The notes under the pieces were generated by a model that searched no databases, was not told the DNA's origin, and worked only from the letters and a program-made list of their open reading frames with translations. Below are positions 1-9,142 of a stretch of 48,958 nucleotides of DNA, in pieces. Where the stretch lies: positions 1 to 48,958 of the forward strand of contig JBJOER010000259.1 in the NCBI GenBank assembly GCA_046049215.1, written 5' to 3'. This DNA comes from Bacteroidota bacterium. GTDB lineage: Bacteria; Bacteroidota; Bacteroidia; AKYH767-A; OLB10. The translations under genes were made by a program, and so were the position numbers. Position 1 is the first letter of the stretch, and each line of letters opens with the position of its first letter.

Positions 1-666
1 AAGGTCATGGGATTACCCCGGGCCTTCGATCTGCTCATCATCGACGACAACTCGAAAGACGGAACGGCGGTCATCGTACAGTCGCTGCAGAAGGAATACA
101 GCGGGAGGTTGCACCTTGAGCAACGCGCCGGTAAACTCGGACTCGGCACCGCATACATCCACGGTTTCCGCTGGGCACTGGCCCGCAAATACGAATTCAT
201 CTTCGAGATGGACGCGGATTTTTCACACAACCCCGACGACCTGTCACGGTTATACGCGGCCTGCAACGACGGCGGTGCCGACCTGGCCATCGGATCGCGT
301 TACATCACCGGTGTGAATGTGGTCAACTGGCCCATGGGACGTGTAATGATGTCATTCTTCGCTTCCATGTATGTGCGCATGATCACCCGCATGCCGGTGC
401 GCGACACCACCGCCGGATTCAAGTGCTACCGGCGCCGTGTATTGGAAACACTCGATTTCGACAAGATCAAGTTCACGGGATATGCCTTCCAGATCGAAAT
501 GAAATTCGCTGCTTGGAGATCGGGCTTCACCATTCGGGAAGTCCCCATCATTTTCACCGACCGCAGCGAGGGACAAAGCAAAATGAGCGGCAGTATTTTC
601 GGAGAAGCGGTGTTCGGAGTGCTTTGGATGAAACTGAAGAGCTTCTTTTCCAATTACAAGAAATAA
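1..666 (+). CDS. GT2 polyprenol/dolichol-phosphate mannosyltransferase (Dpm1-like), 5' end outside window
   Basis: Open in frame 1 from base 1. The translation LLIIDDNSKDGT...EMDADFSHNP...GSRY...TAGFKCYRR matches the GT2/Dpm1 signature. The Met at 7 in the ORF track is internal, so the true N-terminus lies upstream of the window. Confidence 0.85.
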   Translation, partial: KVMGLPRAFDLLIIDDNSKDGTAVIVQSLQKEYSGRLHLEQRAGKLGLGTAYIHGFRWALARKYEFIFEMDADFSHNPDDLSRLYAACNDGGADLAIGSRYITGVNVVNWPMGRVMMSFFASMYVRMITRMPVRDTTAGFKCYRRRVLETLDFDKIKFTGYAFQIEMKFAAWRSGFTIREVPIIFTDRSEGQSKMSGSIFGEAVFGVLWMKLKSFFSNYKK

Positions 667-734
667 ACCAGTCCTTCCACCCTGAAGCGGAGGAAATATC
701 TCAATTCAGCACTCCAGGATCGAAACTTGTCAGT

Positions 735-1829
735 TCATACGAATCTGTCGCCCTTGTTCAATTTCACATCATTCACGAACTGACGGATAAGCTGTTCGTC
801 TGACTTACGGCACACCAGAAGTATGTTGTCCGATTCAACAACAATATAATCTTCAAGACCCTGTAGCACGACCAACTTGTCCTTAGGCACATTTACGATA
901 CAGCCCTTGCTGTCATACATCATCACATTCTTGCCGATGACAGCGTTCTGTTCGCCGTCTTTGTCGCTGTGCTCGTATAGTGAACCCCATGTGCCCAGGT
1001 CGCTCCATCCGAAATCTGAGCTCATCACAAACACGTTGCGGGCCTTCTCCATTACACCGTAGTCGATGGAGATGTTCACGCATTGTTCGTATGCGGAGCG
1101 GATAAATTCGCTTTCAGCGGGTGTATCGTAAACAGCATCCCCTTCGTTGAACACGGCAGCCATCTCGGGCAGGTATTCGTCGAATGCGGAAAGGATGGAT
1201 CGGTTGTTCCAGATGAAAATGCCCGCATTCCAAAGGAACTCACCGGTTTGCAGGAAGAACCGGGCCATTTCTGCATCCGGCTTTTCGGTGAATGTTTTCA
1301 CCTTCGAAATCTTCCGGAACTGATCCGATTTTTCATCAACAAACTGGATATAGCCATAACCGGTATCGGGACGACTTGGCTTGATGCCCAAGGTCAGTAA
1401 CACCTCTTTCGATTCGGTGAATTCCAATCCTGCCCGGATGGAATCGGCAAAAGACTCCTCCTGGAGGATGATATGATCGCTGGGAGCGATCACGACATTC
1501 GCATCAGGATTCCGCTTCTTGATCTTGTGTGCGGCATAAGCGAGACAGGGTGCGGTATTCTTACGCACGGGTTCCGAAAGGATCTGCGAGGGATCAAGTT
1601 CGGGCAATTGCTCCCTGACGAGACCGATATAGTCCACGTGCGTCACGATCAGAATATTCTCCGACGGACAAATACTTTTCATCCGGTGGAAGGTTTGCTG
1701 GATCAGGGTCTTACCTGTCCCTAAAACGTCGAGAAATTGCTTGGGCCTGGCGTTGCGGCTCATGGGCCAGAACCGGCTTCCGATGCCACCGGCCATGATC
1801 ACACAATAATTGTTGGATGGAGAAGTCAT
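735..1829 (-). CDS. mannose-1-phosphate guanylyltransferase (nucleotidyltransferase domain only, no PMI/cupin domain)
   Basis: ORF 735-1862 opens with GTG. The first ATG at 1829 gives MTSPSNNYCVIMAGGIGSRFWPMSR, a sugar-nucleotidyltransferase G-loop. About 364 aa. Confidence 0.85.
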   Translation of the reverse strand: MTSPSNNYCVIMAGGIGSRFWPMSRNARPKQFLDVLGTGKTLIQQTFHRMKSICPSENILIVTHVDYIGLVREQLPELDPSQILSEPVRKNTAPCLAYAAHKIKKRNPDANVVIAPSDHIILQEESFADSIRAGLEFTESKEVLLTLGIKPSRPDTGYGYIQFVDEKSDQFRKISKVKTFTEKPDAEMARFFLQTGEFLWNAGIFIWNNRSILSAFDEYLPEMAAVFNEGDAVYDTPAESEFIRSAYEQCVNISIDYGVMEKARNVFVMSSDFGWSDLGTWGSLYEHSDKDGEQNAVIGKNVMMYDSKGCIVNVPKDKLVVLQGLEDYIVVESDNILLVCRKSDEQLIRQFVNDVKLNKGDRFV

Positions 1830-1934
1830 GGTTGAAGAGCCGGTGGAAAGGGGTTGAATCACCCAACCGGACAGGGTGCAAAAGAACGAAAAAAGCGGGA
1901 GGGAAATGCCGCTTTTCTATGCAGTTGCTTGCAA

Positions 1935-3224
1935 TCAATCTTTCTGCAAGGCGGATAAGGAGCTACGCAGACGCTGGATTAGTCCCGGGATATCCTCCAA
2001 ACGGCATGTTCCCAGCGAAAGCCTGAACCAGGAGCTTTGCGTGGATGCACCAAATGCCGAAAAAGGCACGATAGCAAGCTTAGCGGTGGAAAGGATATAG
2101 GAAAAGATGTCGTCTGTGGTTTCAAGCACCTTTCCTTCGGGCGTACGGCGACCTTTCAGATCAAACAAAGCAGTCAGGTAGATGGCTCCCCGAGGCTCTA
2201 TACAGCGTACAGGAAGCCCTTCGCTACGAAGGGTTTCCAATCCATCGTAGACTCCTTTCAGCCGCTCATGCATTTCAACTTTGAACTCGGTACTGAAGGA
2301 TGTGGTGGCAGAAGTATCGGCAAGGAAGCGGGCGGTAGCGATTTGTTCGGCTTTGGGCGACCAGGCGCCGATGTGCCCAAGAATTGACTTCATCTTATCG
2401 ATGATGCGCGATGGGCCCAGAGCCCATCCAACCCTCACCCCCGTAGCTGCGAACGATTTGCTGATCCCATCCACAAAAACGGTATAAGGCCGCAGTTCGG
2501 ATCGCAGGCTGACGGGGTTGTAATGGACATTATCGCCATAGAGCAACGCACCGTAGATCTGGTCGTACATGATGTAGACCGGTTTTTGGCCGGGGCCGCG
2601 CCGTTTATTCTCAGCTATCACCAAATCGCAAATAGCCTCTAACTGCTCCTTGGTGAAAACCGTTCCGGTAGGATTCTGAGGTGAGCAAAGAGCCAGAAGC
2701 ACAGCATCCTTGATATGGGGTTCGATATCGGCGGCCAGAGGCATGAAATTGCTTTCGGGACTACATTCTATGCAAATGCCCTCCGCACCGAGTAAATGAC
2801 AATAGTGGTTGTTGTTCCAGGAAGGAACGGGATAGATCACCTTATCGCCCGGATCAAGCAAGGTGGCATAGATCGTATAGATGATCGGACGCGCACCTCC
2901 GGCGATGAGCACTTCCGAGGGATCGAAGTCGAGACCGTATGTGGTTTTGGACCAAGCGGCAACCGCATTGCGCAACTCCATCACTCCATTGGCCATGGGA
3001 TAATTGGTGTGTCCTTCCCTGTATGCCAAAATGATGTGCTCAAGCAGCACCTCCGGCAATGGAAATACGGCCGGATCGAAATCACCGATAGTGAAATTGG
3101 TGATGGTTTCTCCTTGGCGTATCCTTTCGTTCACCTCGTTGCCCAACTTGATGATCTCAGAACCGATCAGGTGCTCGGCCATTTTAGAAACCTGCAGGGC
3201 AGGTGTGTTACCGTCTTGTGACAT
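1935..3224 (-). CDS. class I/II PLP-dependent aminotransferase (aspartate/aromatic-type)
   Basis: Motifs PQNPTGTV and SKSFAATGVRVGW (PLP lysine). ORF 1935-3332 has an implausible Cys-rich leader. The ATG at 3224 (MSQDGNTPALQVSKMAEHL...) gives a normal length of about 429 aa. Confidence 0.8.
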   Translation of the reverse strand: MSQDGNTPALQVSKMAEHLIGSEIIKLGNEVNERIRQGETITNFTIGDFDPAVFPLPEVLLEHIILAYREGHTNYPMANGVMELRNAVAAWSKTTYGLDFDPSEVLIAGGARPIIYTIYATLLDPGDKVIYPVPSWNNNHYCHLLGAEGICIECSPESNFMPLAADIEPHIKDAVLLALCSPQNPTGTVFTKEQLEAICDLVIAENKRRGPGQKPVYIMYDQIYGALLYGDNVHYNPVSLRSELRPYTVFVDGISKSFAATGVRVGWALGPSRIIDKMKSILGHIGAWSPKAEQIATARFLADTSATTSFSTEFKVEMHERLKGVYDGLETLRSEGLPVRCIEPRGAIYLTALFDLKGRRTPEGKVLETTDDIFSYILSTAKLAIVPFSAFGASTQSSWFRLSLGTCRLEDIPGLIQRLRSSLSALQKD

Positions 3225-3451
3225 CCTATCAAGAATTGCTGCAAACCTACTAAAACCACAAGGGCAAAAAGCAACCAAAAACTGCAATTCATTACACCTT
3301 TCCATGAACCTTGACCTTCCCCCTTCATCCATTCACCCAAGCAGAGGCAACCATTACAAATTCAGTTAAACGCGGAAGCACACGCCCACGCATTTTTGGA
3401 ATCAAAGGCGCTAATTTCGTGACCGGCTTTCCAGTTTGCTGAAACCTTACC

Positions 3452-4645
3452 ATGCGGATCTTAACCCTCGCCTTGATTCTCTTTGCATCGTCCTTGCACA
3501 GCCTTTCCGAATCACTTCCCGACAGTACACTGCGGCAGATGCTGACCCGTGCCGTGTATTCCTGGCAAGAGGGTCGGGCGAAAGACGCGTTCTTCACCCT
3601 GGACTCTGTCATCGCCCAGCCCATTTCGAATGAAAACGCCGGCAGTAAGGTGAAAGCAGCCCTGTGGACATCCAGCTACTTGATGGAGCAACGGAAGATT
3701 CGTCCGGCCAAATCGTTTATCGACAGTGCGCTTGCCTGGTCGCAACGGTTTCCGATGGGTGACGAAAGCGTGCGGGTTTACCAGGCATTGAGCCAATGGT
3801 ACGCATCGGCTGGCGATGCGCAAGGCGCGTTACGCTTCAAAGACAAGGAATGGGAACTACGCGACAGTTTTGCCCGCAAAGAGGCCGCCGTAACCATCGA
3901 TTCGCTGAAAGAAGTGATTGCACGATCAGAAACGCAGGCGACTCAAAAGGAAGAGTACGATACCGAATCCCAAAGCGACTCCACTGCCCAAAACAAAGCC
4001 AATGACACGGGTTCACTGTGGTTGGTGATTGCTTCAGTGATTTTGATCGCGGCAACAGCCATTTATTTTTTTCGCAGCCGGAAAAACTCAGGGCCGGTTG
4101 TGTCTTCGTCTGTTCCCGCCTTTACACCGCAGGTATCAACAGTGAAAACACCGGAAAACCCCTCCGGTCAAACCATACCGGTCTTCGATTTTCAACCTTC
4201 GATGGACAAACAGTCCGCGACTGAAGAATCCAGCAATCCTATAACTGAGGCCCTTCCTCTTCCCAACCGCGAAACGCTATTGCGCTTACAGGGTGTAGAG
4301 CTGGTGCTTATCCGCGCAGAGGTGCTAGCTGCATATCAGAACGGTGATCTGAAGGGCATCCGTAATCTGCTGAATGAATACATGGCACAGCTGCCATTCA
4401 TCATGAAGACACTTGATGAGGCCATCCACCGTAACGAAACGGCTCCCATCCTGCTTTCACTGCAGCATGTCAAGAGCTACCTAAGGCTTTTCGGCATGCA
4501 GGGTACGGAAAAACTCATCGGAGAGGTCGAATCGGAATCGTCCACCGAAAAAGTATCGAAACTTCTGTCTCGTGTTTTTCAAGTGAGGAACCACTGCCGT
4601 CGTGCAGCCGACGAAGCGAAATCCCTACTTGAAAAAATCGGATAA
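3452..4645 (+). CDS. single-pass membrane protein: signal peptide + TPR-like ectodomain + TM helix + C-terminal HPt-like domain
   Basis: N-terminal MRILTLALILFASSLHS signal peptide, then a helical repeat region, TM helix LWLVIASVILIAATAIYFF and an S/P-rich linker. The C-terminal four-helix-like region carries LSLQHVKSYLRLFGMQG, which fits the HPt H-x-[LV]-K-[GS]-x5-G motif. The domain call is by eye only. Confidence 0.55.
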   Translation: MRILTLALILFASSLHSLSESLPDSTLRQMLTRAVYSWQEGRAKDAFFTLDSVIAQPISNENAGSKVKAALWTSSYLMEQRKIRPAKSFIDSALAWSQRFPMGDESVRVYQALSQWYASAGDAQGALRFKDKEWELRDSFARKEAAVTIDSLKEVIARSETQATQKEEYDTESQSDSTAQNKANDTGSLWLVIASVILIAATAIYFFRSRKNSGPVVSSSVPAFTPQVSTVKTPENPSGQTIPVFDFQPSMDKQSATEESSNPITEALPLPNRETLLRLQGVELVLIRAEVLAAYQNGDLKGIRNLLNEYMAQLPFIMKTLDEAIHRNETAPILLSLQHVKSYLRLFGMQGTEKLIGEVESESSTEKVSKLLSRVFQVRNHCRRAADEAKSLLEKIG

Positions 4646-4648
4646 CCG

Positions 4649-6010
4649 TTACCCTTCGGCGGATTCCCCCAACAGATTCAGCATCTTTTCTTCCACAGCA
4701 TCGCTGTCCCATTGTTGTTCGATGCCGGGCATCCGCATCACCTGTTGCATGATCCGCTCCTGACGTTGCCCTTCACGCAATGCTTCACTATAGCGGATCT
4801 TCGGTGAAAATGTCACCATGGTATAAAGTGGAATCCACTTGTCGGGATGGCGCTCACTGAAGCGTGCTTCTATTTTTTTCTGCAGAAGGAATGAGGCTTG
4901 TCCGACTTTGTCGCGCATCTCGATGAAATTTGACAGGGCCAGCTCGGCAATGGCGTCTCCGTCGGGTTTGCGCAATGTTTCGAAACGACGGAAGATAGTA
5001 GCCCAGTCATCACCGTGCTTCTCCATGAGTTCGTCCAGTACAACGCAATCCTCAAAACCGCAATTCATCCCCTGACCATAGAATGGAACAATGGCATGAG
5101 CGGAATCCCCGAGCAGCAACAGCTTGTCACTGTAACTCCAGGGAAAACATCTGACGATGGAAAGTGAAGAAGTCGGGTTACTGAAATAGTCCTTGGCCAA
5201 TGACGGCATGAGAGGCAATGTGTCGGGAAATATCTTACGGAAAAAGTCCATCATTTTATCCTCTGTATCGAGGCTGTTGAAAGAATATTCGCCGTCGTAG
5301 GGAAAGAAGAGGGTGCAGGTGAAAGAGCGGTCGAGGTTGGGCAAAGCGATGAGCATGAACGTACCGCGTGGCCAGATGTGCAGCGCAGTGGGATCCATGG
5401 CGAAATCGCCGGTGGCGGTCGGTGGTATGGTCAACTCCTTATAACCGTGCTCCAGGTACGTCTGGGAGTAATTGAAACGGTCGGTGCCCAGTTGCATCTG
5501 AAGGCGGCCCGCCGAAAAAGCGCCATCGGTCGAGAAAATGCGGTCGGAACTGACGCGATTGGTTTCACCGGATGAGGTGTCTTCAAAAGTGGCCGTAGCG
5601 GATTGAAGATCGACCGCACCACATCGCCGGTTGTAATGAATGGACACTCCGTGTTGTTCGGCAATGTCCATCAACACACAATTCAAGCCCCCTCTTGACA
5701 CCGAGTAGATGGCCTGCCCTTCCTTGCCGTAAGGCTGATAGCTGAGGCCGGAGTCGATTCCATGCATAATCCTCCCATTCATGGGTAGTGCCACTTTTCT
5801 GATCTCTTCACCGATACCGATCCGGTCGAGTCCCGTCCACCCCCGATCGCTCAATGCCAGGTTGATGGATCTTCCAGCACTGATGCGGTTCTTCCTTAAA
5901 TCAGGCCTGCGTTCATAAACGTTGACAGACTGACCACGTTTAGCGAGGTATATGGAAAGTAGTGAACCGACCAATCCGGCTCCGATGAGTGTGACGTTTT
6001 TCTGGGACAT
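4649..6010 (-). CDS. kmo: kynurenine 3-monooxygenase (FAD-dependent)
   Basis: N-terminal FAD fold VTLIGAGLVGSLLSIYLAKRG...VYERRPD, then GDSAHAIVPFYGQGMNCGFED. Length 453 aa, typical of bacterial KMO. Confidence 0.85.
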   Translation of the reverse strand: MSQKNVTLIGAGLVGSLLSIYLAKRGQSVNVYERRPDLRKNRISAGRSINLALSDRGWTGLDRIGIGEEIRKVALPMNGRIMHGIDSGLSYQPYGKEGQAIYSVSRGGLNCVLMDIAEQHGVSIHYNRRCGAVDLQSATATFEDTSSGETNRVSSDRIFSTDGAFSAGRLQMQLGTDRFNYSQTYLEHGYKELTIPPTATGDFAMDPTALHIWPRGTFMLIALPNLDRSFTCTLFFPYDGEYSFNSLDTEDKMMDFFRKIFPDTLPLMPSLAKDYFSNPTSSLSIVRCFPWSYSDKLLLLGDSAHAIVPFYGQGMNCGFEDCVVLDELMEKHGDDWATIFRRFETLRKPDGDAIAELALSNFIEMRDKVGQASFLLQKKIEARFSERHPDKWIPLYTMVTFSPKIRYSEALREGQRQERIMQQVMRMPGIEQQWDSDAVEEKMLNLLGESAEG

Positions 6011-6125
6011 GACTAAGCGAAATTAAGGGATTCAACCAAGCGGTGACAGGGCAGATCCTGTCCGAAAATCATCTATTGAACTGACCGCGATCAAGGTCAA
6101 TGGACAGATCCGCGACGAACTTCGC

Positions 6126-7718
6126 ATGATGAATCGCATCCTCCTCCTTTTGCTGCTCACTGGCATGGGAATCGGTTCGTCGGCTACTCAGGCTGTGGCA
6201 AAGGCTCAGGAAGGCTCACTTCACATCAGCCGGGACACCCTGTACTCGAAAAAAGGGAGAGTTATCCCCACCCTGCACCTGACTTCGAAACATGGCTTTC
6301 ATACCTATAAACCATCGGCGGACGGACACATTTCGTATTTAATGATGAAGAAGTATTCCAGATCGGCTAACACCTGGGGCGCCAAAGGCCGAATTCTATG
6401 TTTTGATCATCAGAAGGATTCCGTCATCTGGATGAAAAAAACGAAGGCGTTGGGGTTGGCAGTGTGCAACGACCATCTCTTGGAAAACAACTCCGGAAGC
6501 ACCAATTGGTACTCCGAGGACAACGGCAGGCTGGTTTGGCAGAATAAAGAAGGGCCATTGGTGTACAAGGATTGTAAACGTGGATTTGGAATAACCTTCC
6601 TCGGGACGATCATTAACCTGGAGAACGGGAAAGCCAATAAACCCGGTCAACAATTGGCAATGCAGAACGGAATCGACGAGGTCATCGCCTTGCCAGATGG
6701 TCGAACGCTCATTTCTGCATCAGGATTAACACTCTTGGACACAAGCCATTCGATCGAAGCCCATGTCCCGGAAAACACCGGATTCAGGCCGACGGGGCGG
6801 GTTGTCGCAAACGCAGCCGGCATGCTCATCTTCGCCGGAGCATTGGGCTACGCTGCCTATGATGGTGTACCTGCCACCATAAATGCACCATCCAATGTAC
6901 CGGTGATTGAAACGCGTGTAAGCGGACTTTGCTCCAATGTATTGATGAAAGGAAATCGGATTTTCCAGGCTTACGGAGGGAAACTGGTTTGTTACGACAA
7001 CAAACTCAACAAGATTTGGTCCACGACGTTTGAAAAAGAAAAAACTGGCGCCAGCCGCATTTCCATCCAAGGGGACAGATTGGTGCTTATCAGTCAAGGC
7101 ATCGGATACTTGGGAAAAAGTCCTTACAAGGTAGGCGAACCCGGCCTATTCTTTTTTGAACAGGAGCAAGGTCGGATATTGGACAGTATCCGGATAAACA
7201 CCAAAGGAAAAGGGATCCTGGATGTTACCTTTATCGACAACTACGCTTTTGTACTCACTTCGACTGAAGAGTTGACCATTTCCTTTGAGGTTGGAAATCT
7301 GCTTCACCGTGTTCAAATCGCACAAGAGGGCAACGGGGCTGAGGCACGTTACGTGAAACCCAATGGAATGCGAACTTGCCCGGAGACGAAGGACTCATGT
7401 ATATCTCACAGCGAAAAGCCTGCCGAATCGCGTTACATCAGTTTGCCGGGCGGAATTTTGGAGATGGATGGCACCTACGGCAGGATACGGAATGAACTAC
7501 GGGGCTCCGAATTGTGTATCTGCTGCACTGAAACAAGCACAGAAGTTCTGCTTAATTGTGCGAACAACATGACACTCGCCGATGCAGACGGAAAAATCAC
7601 AGACCACATTCCACTGAAAGGAGATGCGGTTCGGGTCGGAGATCGTTTGTACATCAGGGAATCCAGTAAAAATTCATTGTATATCATAGACATGCGAAGC
7701 CTAATGGATGGCTATTGA
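6126..7718 (+). CDS. hypothetical secreted protein, possible PQQ-like/beta-propeller repeats
   Basis: Signal peptide MMNRILLLLLLTGMGIGSSATQA. Recurring motifs of the type ILCFDHQKDSVIWMKK, NGRLVWQNK and LVCYDNKLNKIWSTTF resemble propeller blades. No catalytic motif recognised. Confidence 0.6.
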   Translation: MMNRILLLLLLTGMGIGSSATQAVAKAQEGSLHISRDTLYSKKGRVIPTLHLTSKHGFHTYKPSADGHISYLMMKKYSRSANTWGAKGRILCFDHQKDSVIWMKKTKALGLAVCNDHLLENNSGSTNWYSEDNGRLVWQNKEGPLVYKDCKRGFGITFLGTIINLENGKANKPGQQLAMQNGIDEVIALPDGRTLISASGLTLLDTSHSIEAHVPENTGFRPTGRVVANAAGMLIFAGALGYAAYDGVPATINAPSNVPVIETRVSGLCSNVLMKGNRIFQAYGGKLVCYDNKLNKIWSTTFEKEKTGASRISIQGDRLVLISQGIGYLGKSPYKVGEPGLFFFEQEQGRILDSIRINTKGKGILDVTFIDNYAFVLTSTEELTISFEVGNLLHRVQIAQEGNGAEARYVKPNGMRTCPETKDSCISHSEKPAESRYISLPGGILEMDGTYGRIRNELRGSELCICCTETSTEVLLNCANNMTLADADGKITDHIPLKGDAVRVGDRLYIRESSKNSLYIIDMRSLMDGY

Positions 7719-7723
7719 TGTCC

Positions 7724-9022
7724 TTACAAAGCCCGGCGGAGCAGATCCCCGAAACGATACACATCCATGTAGCTGTTGTATAGCGGTACCGGTGCTACGC
7801 GTATAACACCATAATCCCGTCCCTCCTGGTCGGGTTCTCTCCAGTCGGCTACCACACCGGCGGCGGTTAGTGACTCGAAAAGTTCCTTACCCCTGTCACC
7901 AAAGCCGATGGAAAGCTGGCAACCCTGCCGTTGTTCTTCGAAAGGTGTGATCACCTGCAAGAGGTCCTCCTGGCCACACGCCTTAAGCACATCGCGGATC
8001 ACGAACAGAAGATAAGAGGTCAGTTCAAGGCTTTTTTCAGTGAGACGATCCATGCCCGCTTCATCGTACAACTCGAGTGACGCACGCAGTGCCGCCATCT
8101 CCAATACCGGGGCATTGCTGAGTTGCCAACTGTCGGCGCTGGGGACGGGGATGAACCGCTGAGGCATCTGAAAACGTGTGGCGGGATCGTTACCCCACCA
8201 ACCGGCGAAACGCGGAAGGTGTGGGTTTTTCGCATGACGTTCATGTACATAAGCACCACCTACAGTTCCGGGACCGCCATTCAGATATTTATATGAACAC
8301 CATACTGCGAAATCGGCGTTCCAATCGTGCAAGTGCAGGCGCAAGTTCCCTGCACCATGAGCCAGATCGAAACCGGCATAGGCGCCCACTTCATGAGCAG
8401 CGGCGGTAATGCCGGGCATATCGATCACTTGTCCGGTGAAATAATGCACTCCACCAAGCATGACCACTGCAAGCGAATCGCCGCAATCCTCTATCGCCTC
8501 CAGAATATCCTCGTGGCGAAGCAGATCCTCCCCTTTCCTCGGCTGAAGTTCGACCAGCGCATCATCCGCATCGAAACCATGCCATTCCACCTGCGATTGC
8601 AGGGCGTAACGGTCTGATGGAAAAGCTCCGCCTTCGTATAGGATCCGAAAGCGGTCGGCAGTGGGACGATAGAAAGAAACGAGCATGAGGTGCAGGTTGA
8701 CCGTCAAGTGGTTCATGACCACAACCTCATGAGGCAGACAACCGACAATTCGTGACATCGGTTCACGCAAAAGCTCGTGATAACCGTACCAGCCCGTTCC
8801 CGGCTTGAAGTGCCCCTCCACACCGAGCCGTGCCCAATCGCTCAATTCTTCATTCACAAGTTCGGAGGTGCGTCGGGGTTGTAGTCCGAGGGAATTACCG
8901 CAGAAATACACGCTATCTCCGTCACCATGTCCGGGCATGTGAAACCGGCTCCGGAATCCTGAAAGCGGGTCCCTTCTATCTCGGTCCAAAGCCCATTCAG
9001 CGCTATTCTCGAATGAAAACAT
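7724..9022 (-). CDS. kynU: kynureninase (PLP-dependent)
   Basis: 432 aa. Motifs FCGNSLGLQP, DFAVWCSYKYLNGGPG (PLP-lysine region) and FAGWWG are typical of kynureninase. Confidence 0.9.
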   Translation of the reverse strand: MFSFENSAEWALDRDRRDPLSGFRSRFHMPGHGDGDSVYFCGNSLGLQPRRTSELVNEELSDWARLGVEGHFKPGTGWYGYHELLREPMSRIVGCLPHEVVVMNHLTVNLHLMLVSFYRPTADRFRILYEGGAFPSDRYALQSQVEWHGFDADDALVELQPRKGEDLLRHEDILEAIEDCGDSLAVVMLGGVHYFTGQVIDMPGITAAAHEVGAYAGFDLAHGAGNLRLHLHDWNADFAVWCSYKYLNGGPGTVGGAYVHERHAKNPHLPRFAGWWGNDPATRFQMPQRFIPVPSADSWQLSNAPVLEMAALRASLELYDEAGMDRLTEKSLELTSYLLFVIRDVLKACGQEDLLQVITPFEEQRQGCQLSIGFGDRGKELFESLTAAGVVADWREPDQEGRDYGVIRVAPVPLYNSYMDVYRFGDLLRRAL

Positions 9023-9082
9023 GATGCGAAGTTAAGCGTTGACCGCATCCAAATCGTACAGAAATGCATCAACAATTATCCT

Positions 9083-9119
9083 GAAAAACGAAGCCCCGCA
9101 TCAGTTGTGCAGGGCTTCG
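9083..9119 (-). terminator. intrinsic terminator ending the act-cta operon
   Basis: Minus-strand RNA reads CGAAGCCCUGCA-CAACUGA-UGCGGGGCUUCG followed by UUUUUC, 24 nt after the ctaD stop. The stem is 12 bp. Its single imperfection is a G.U wobble only in the minus-strand RNA and would be an A.C mismatch on the plus strand. Confidence 0.8.
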
Positions 9120-9142
9120 TGAGCATATTAAATTTCGACGGA

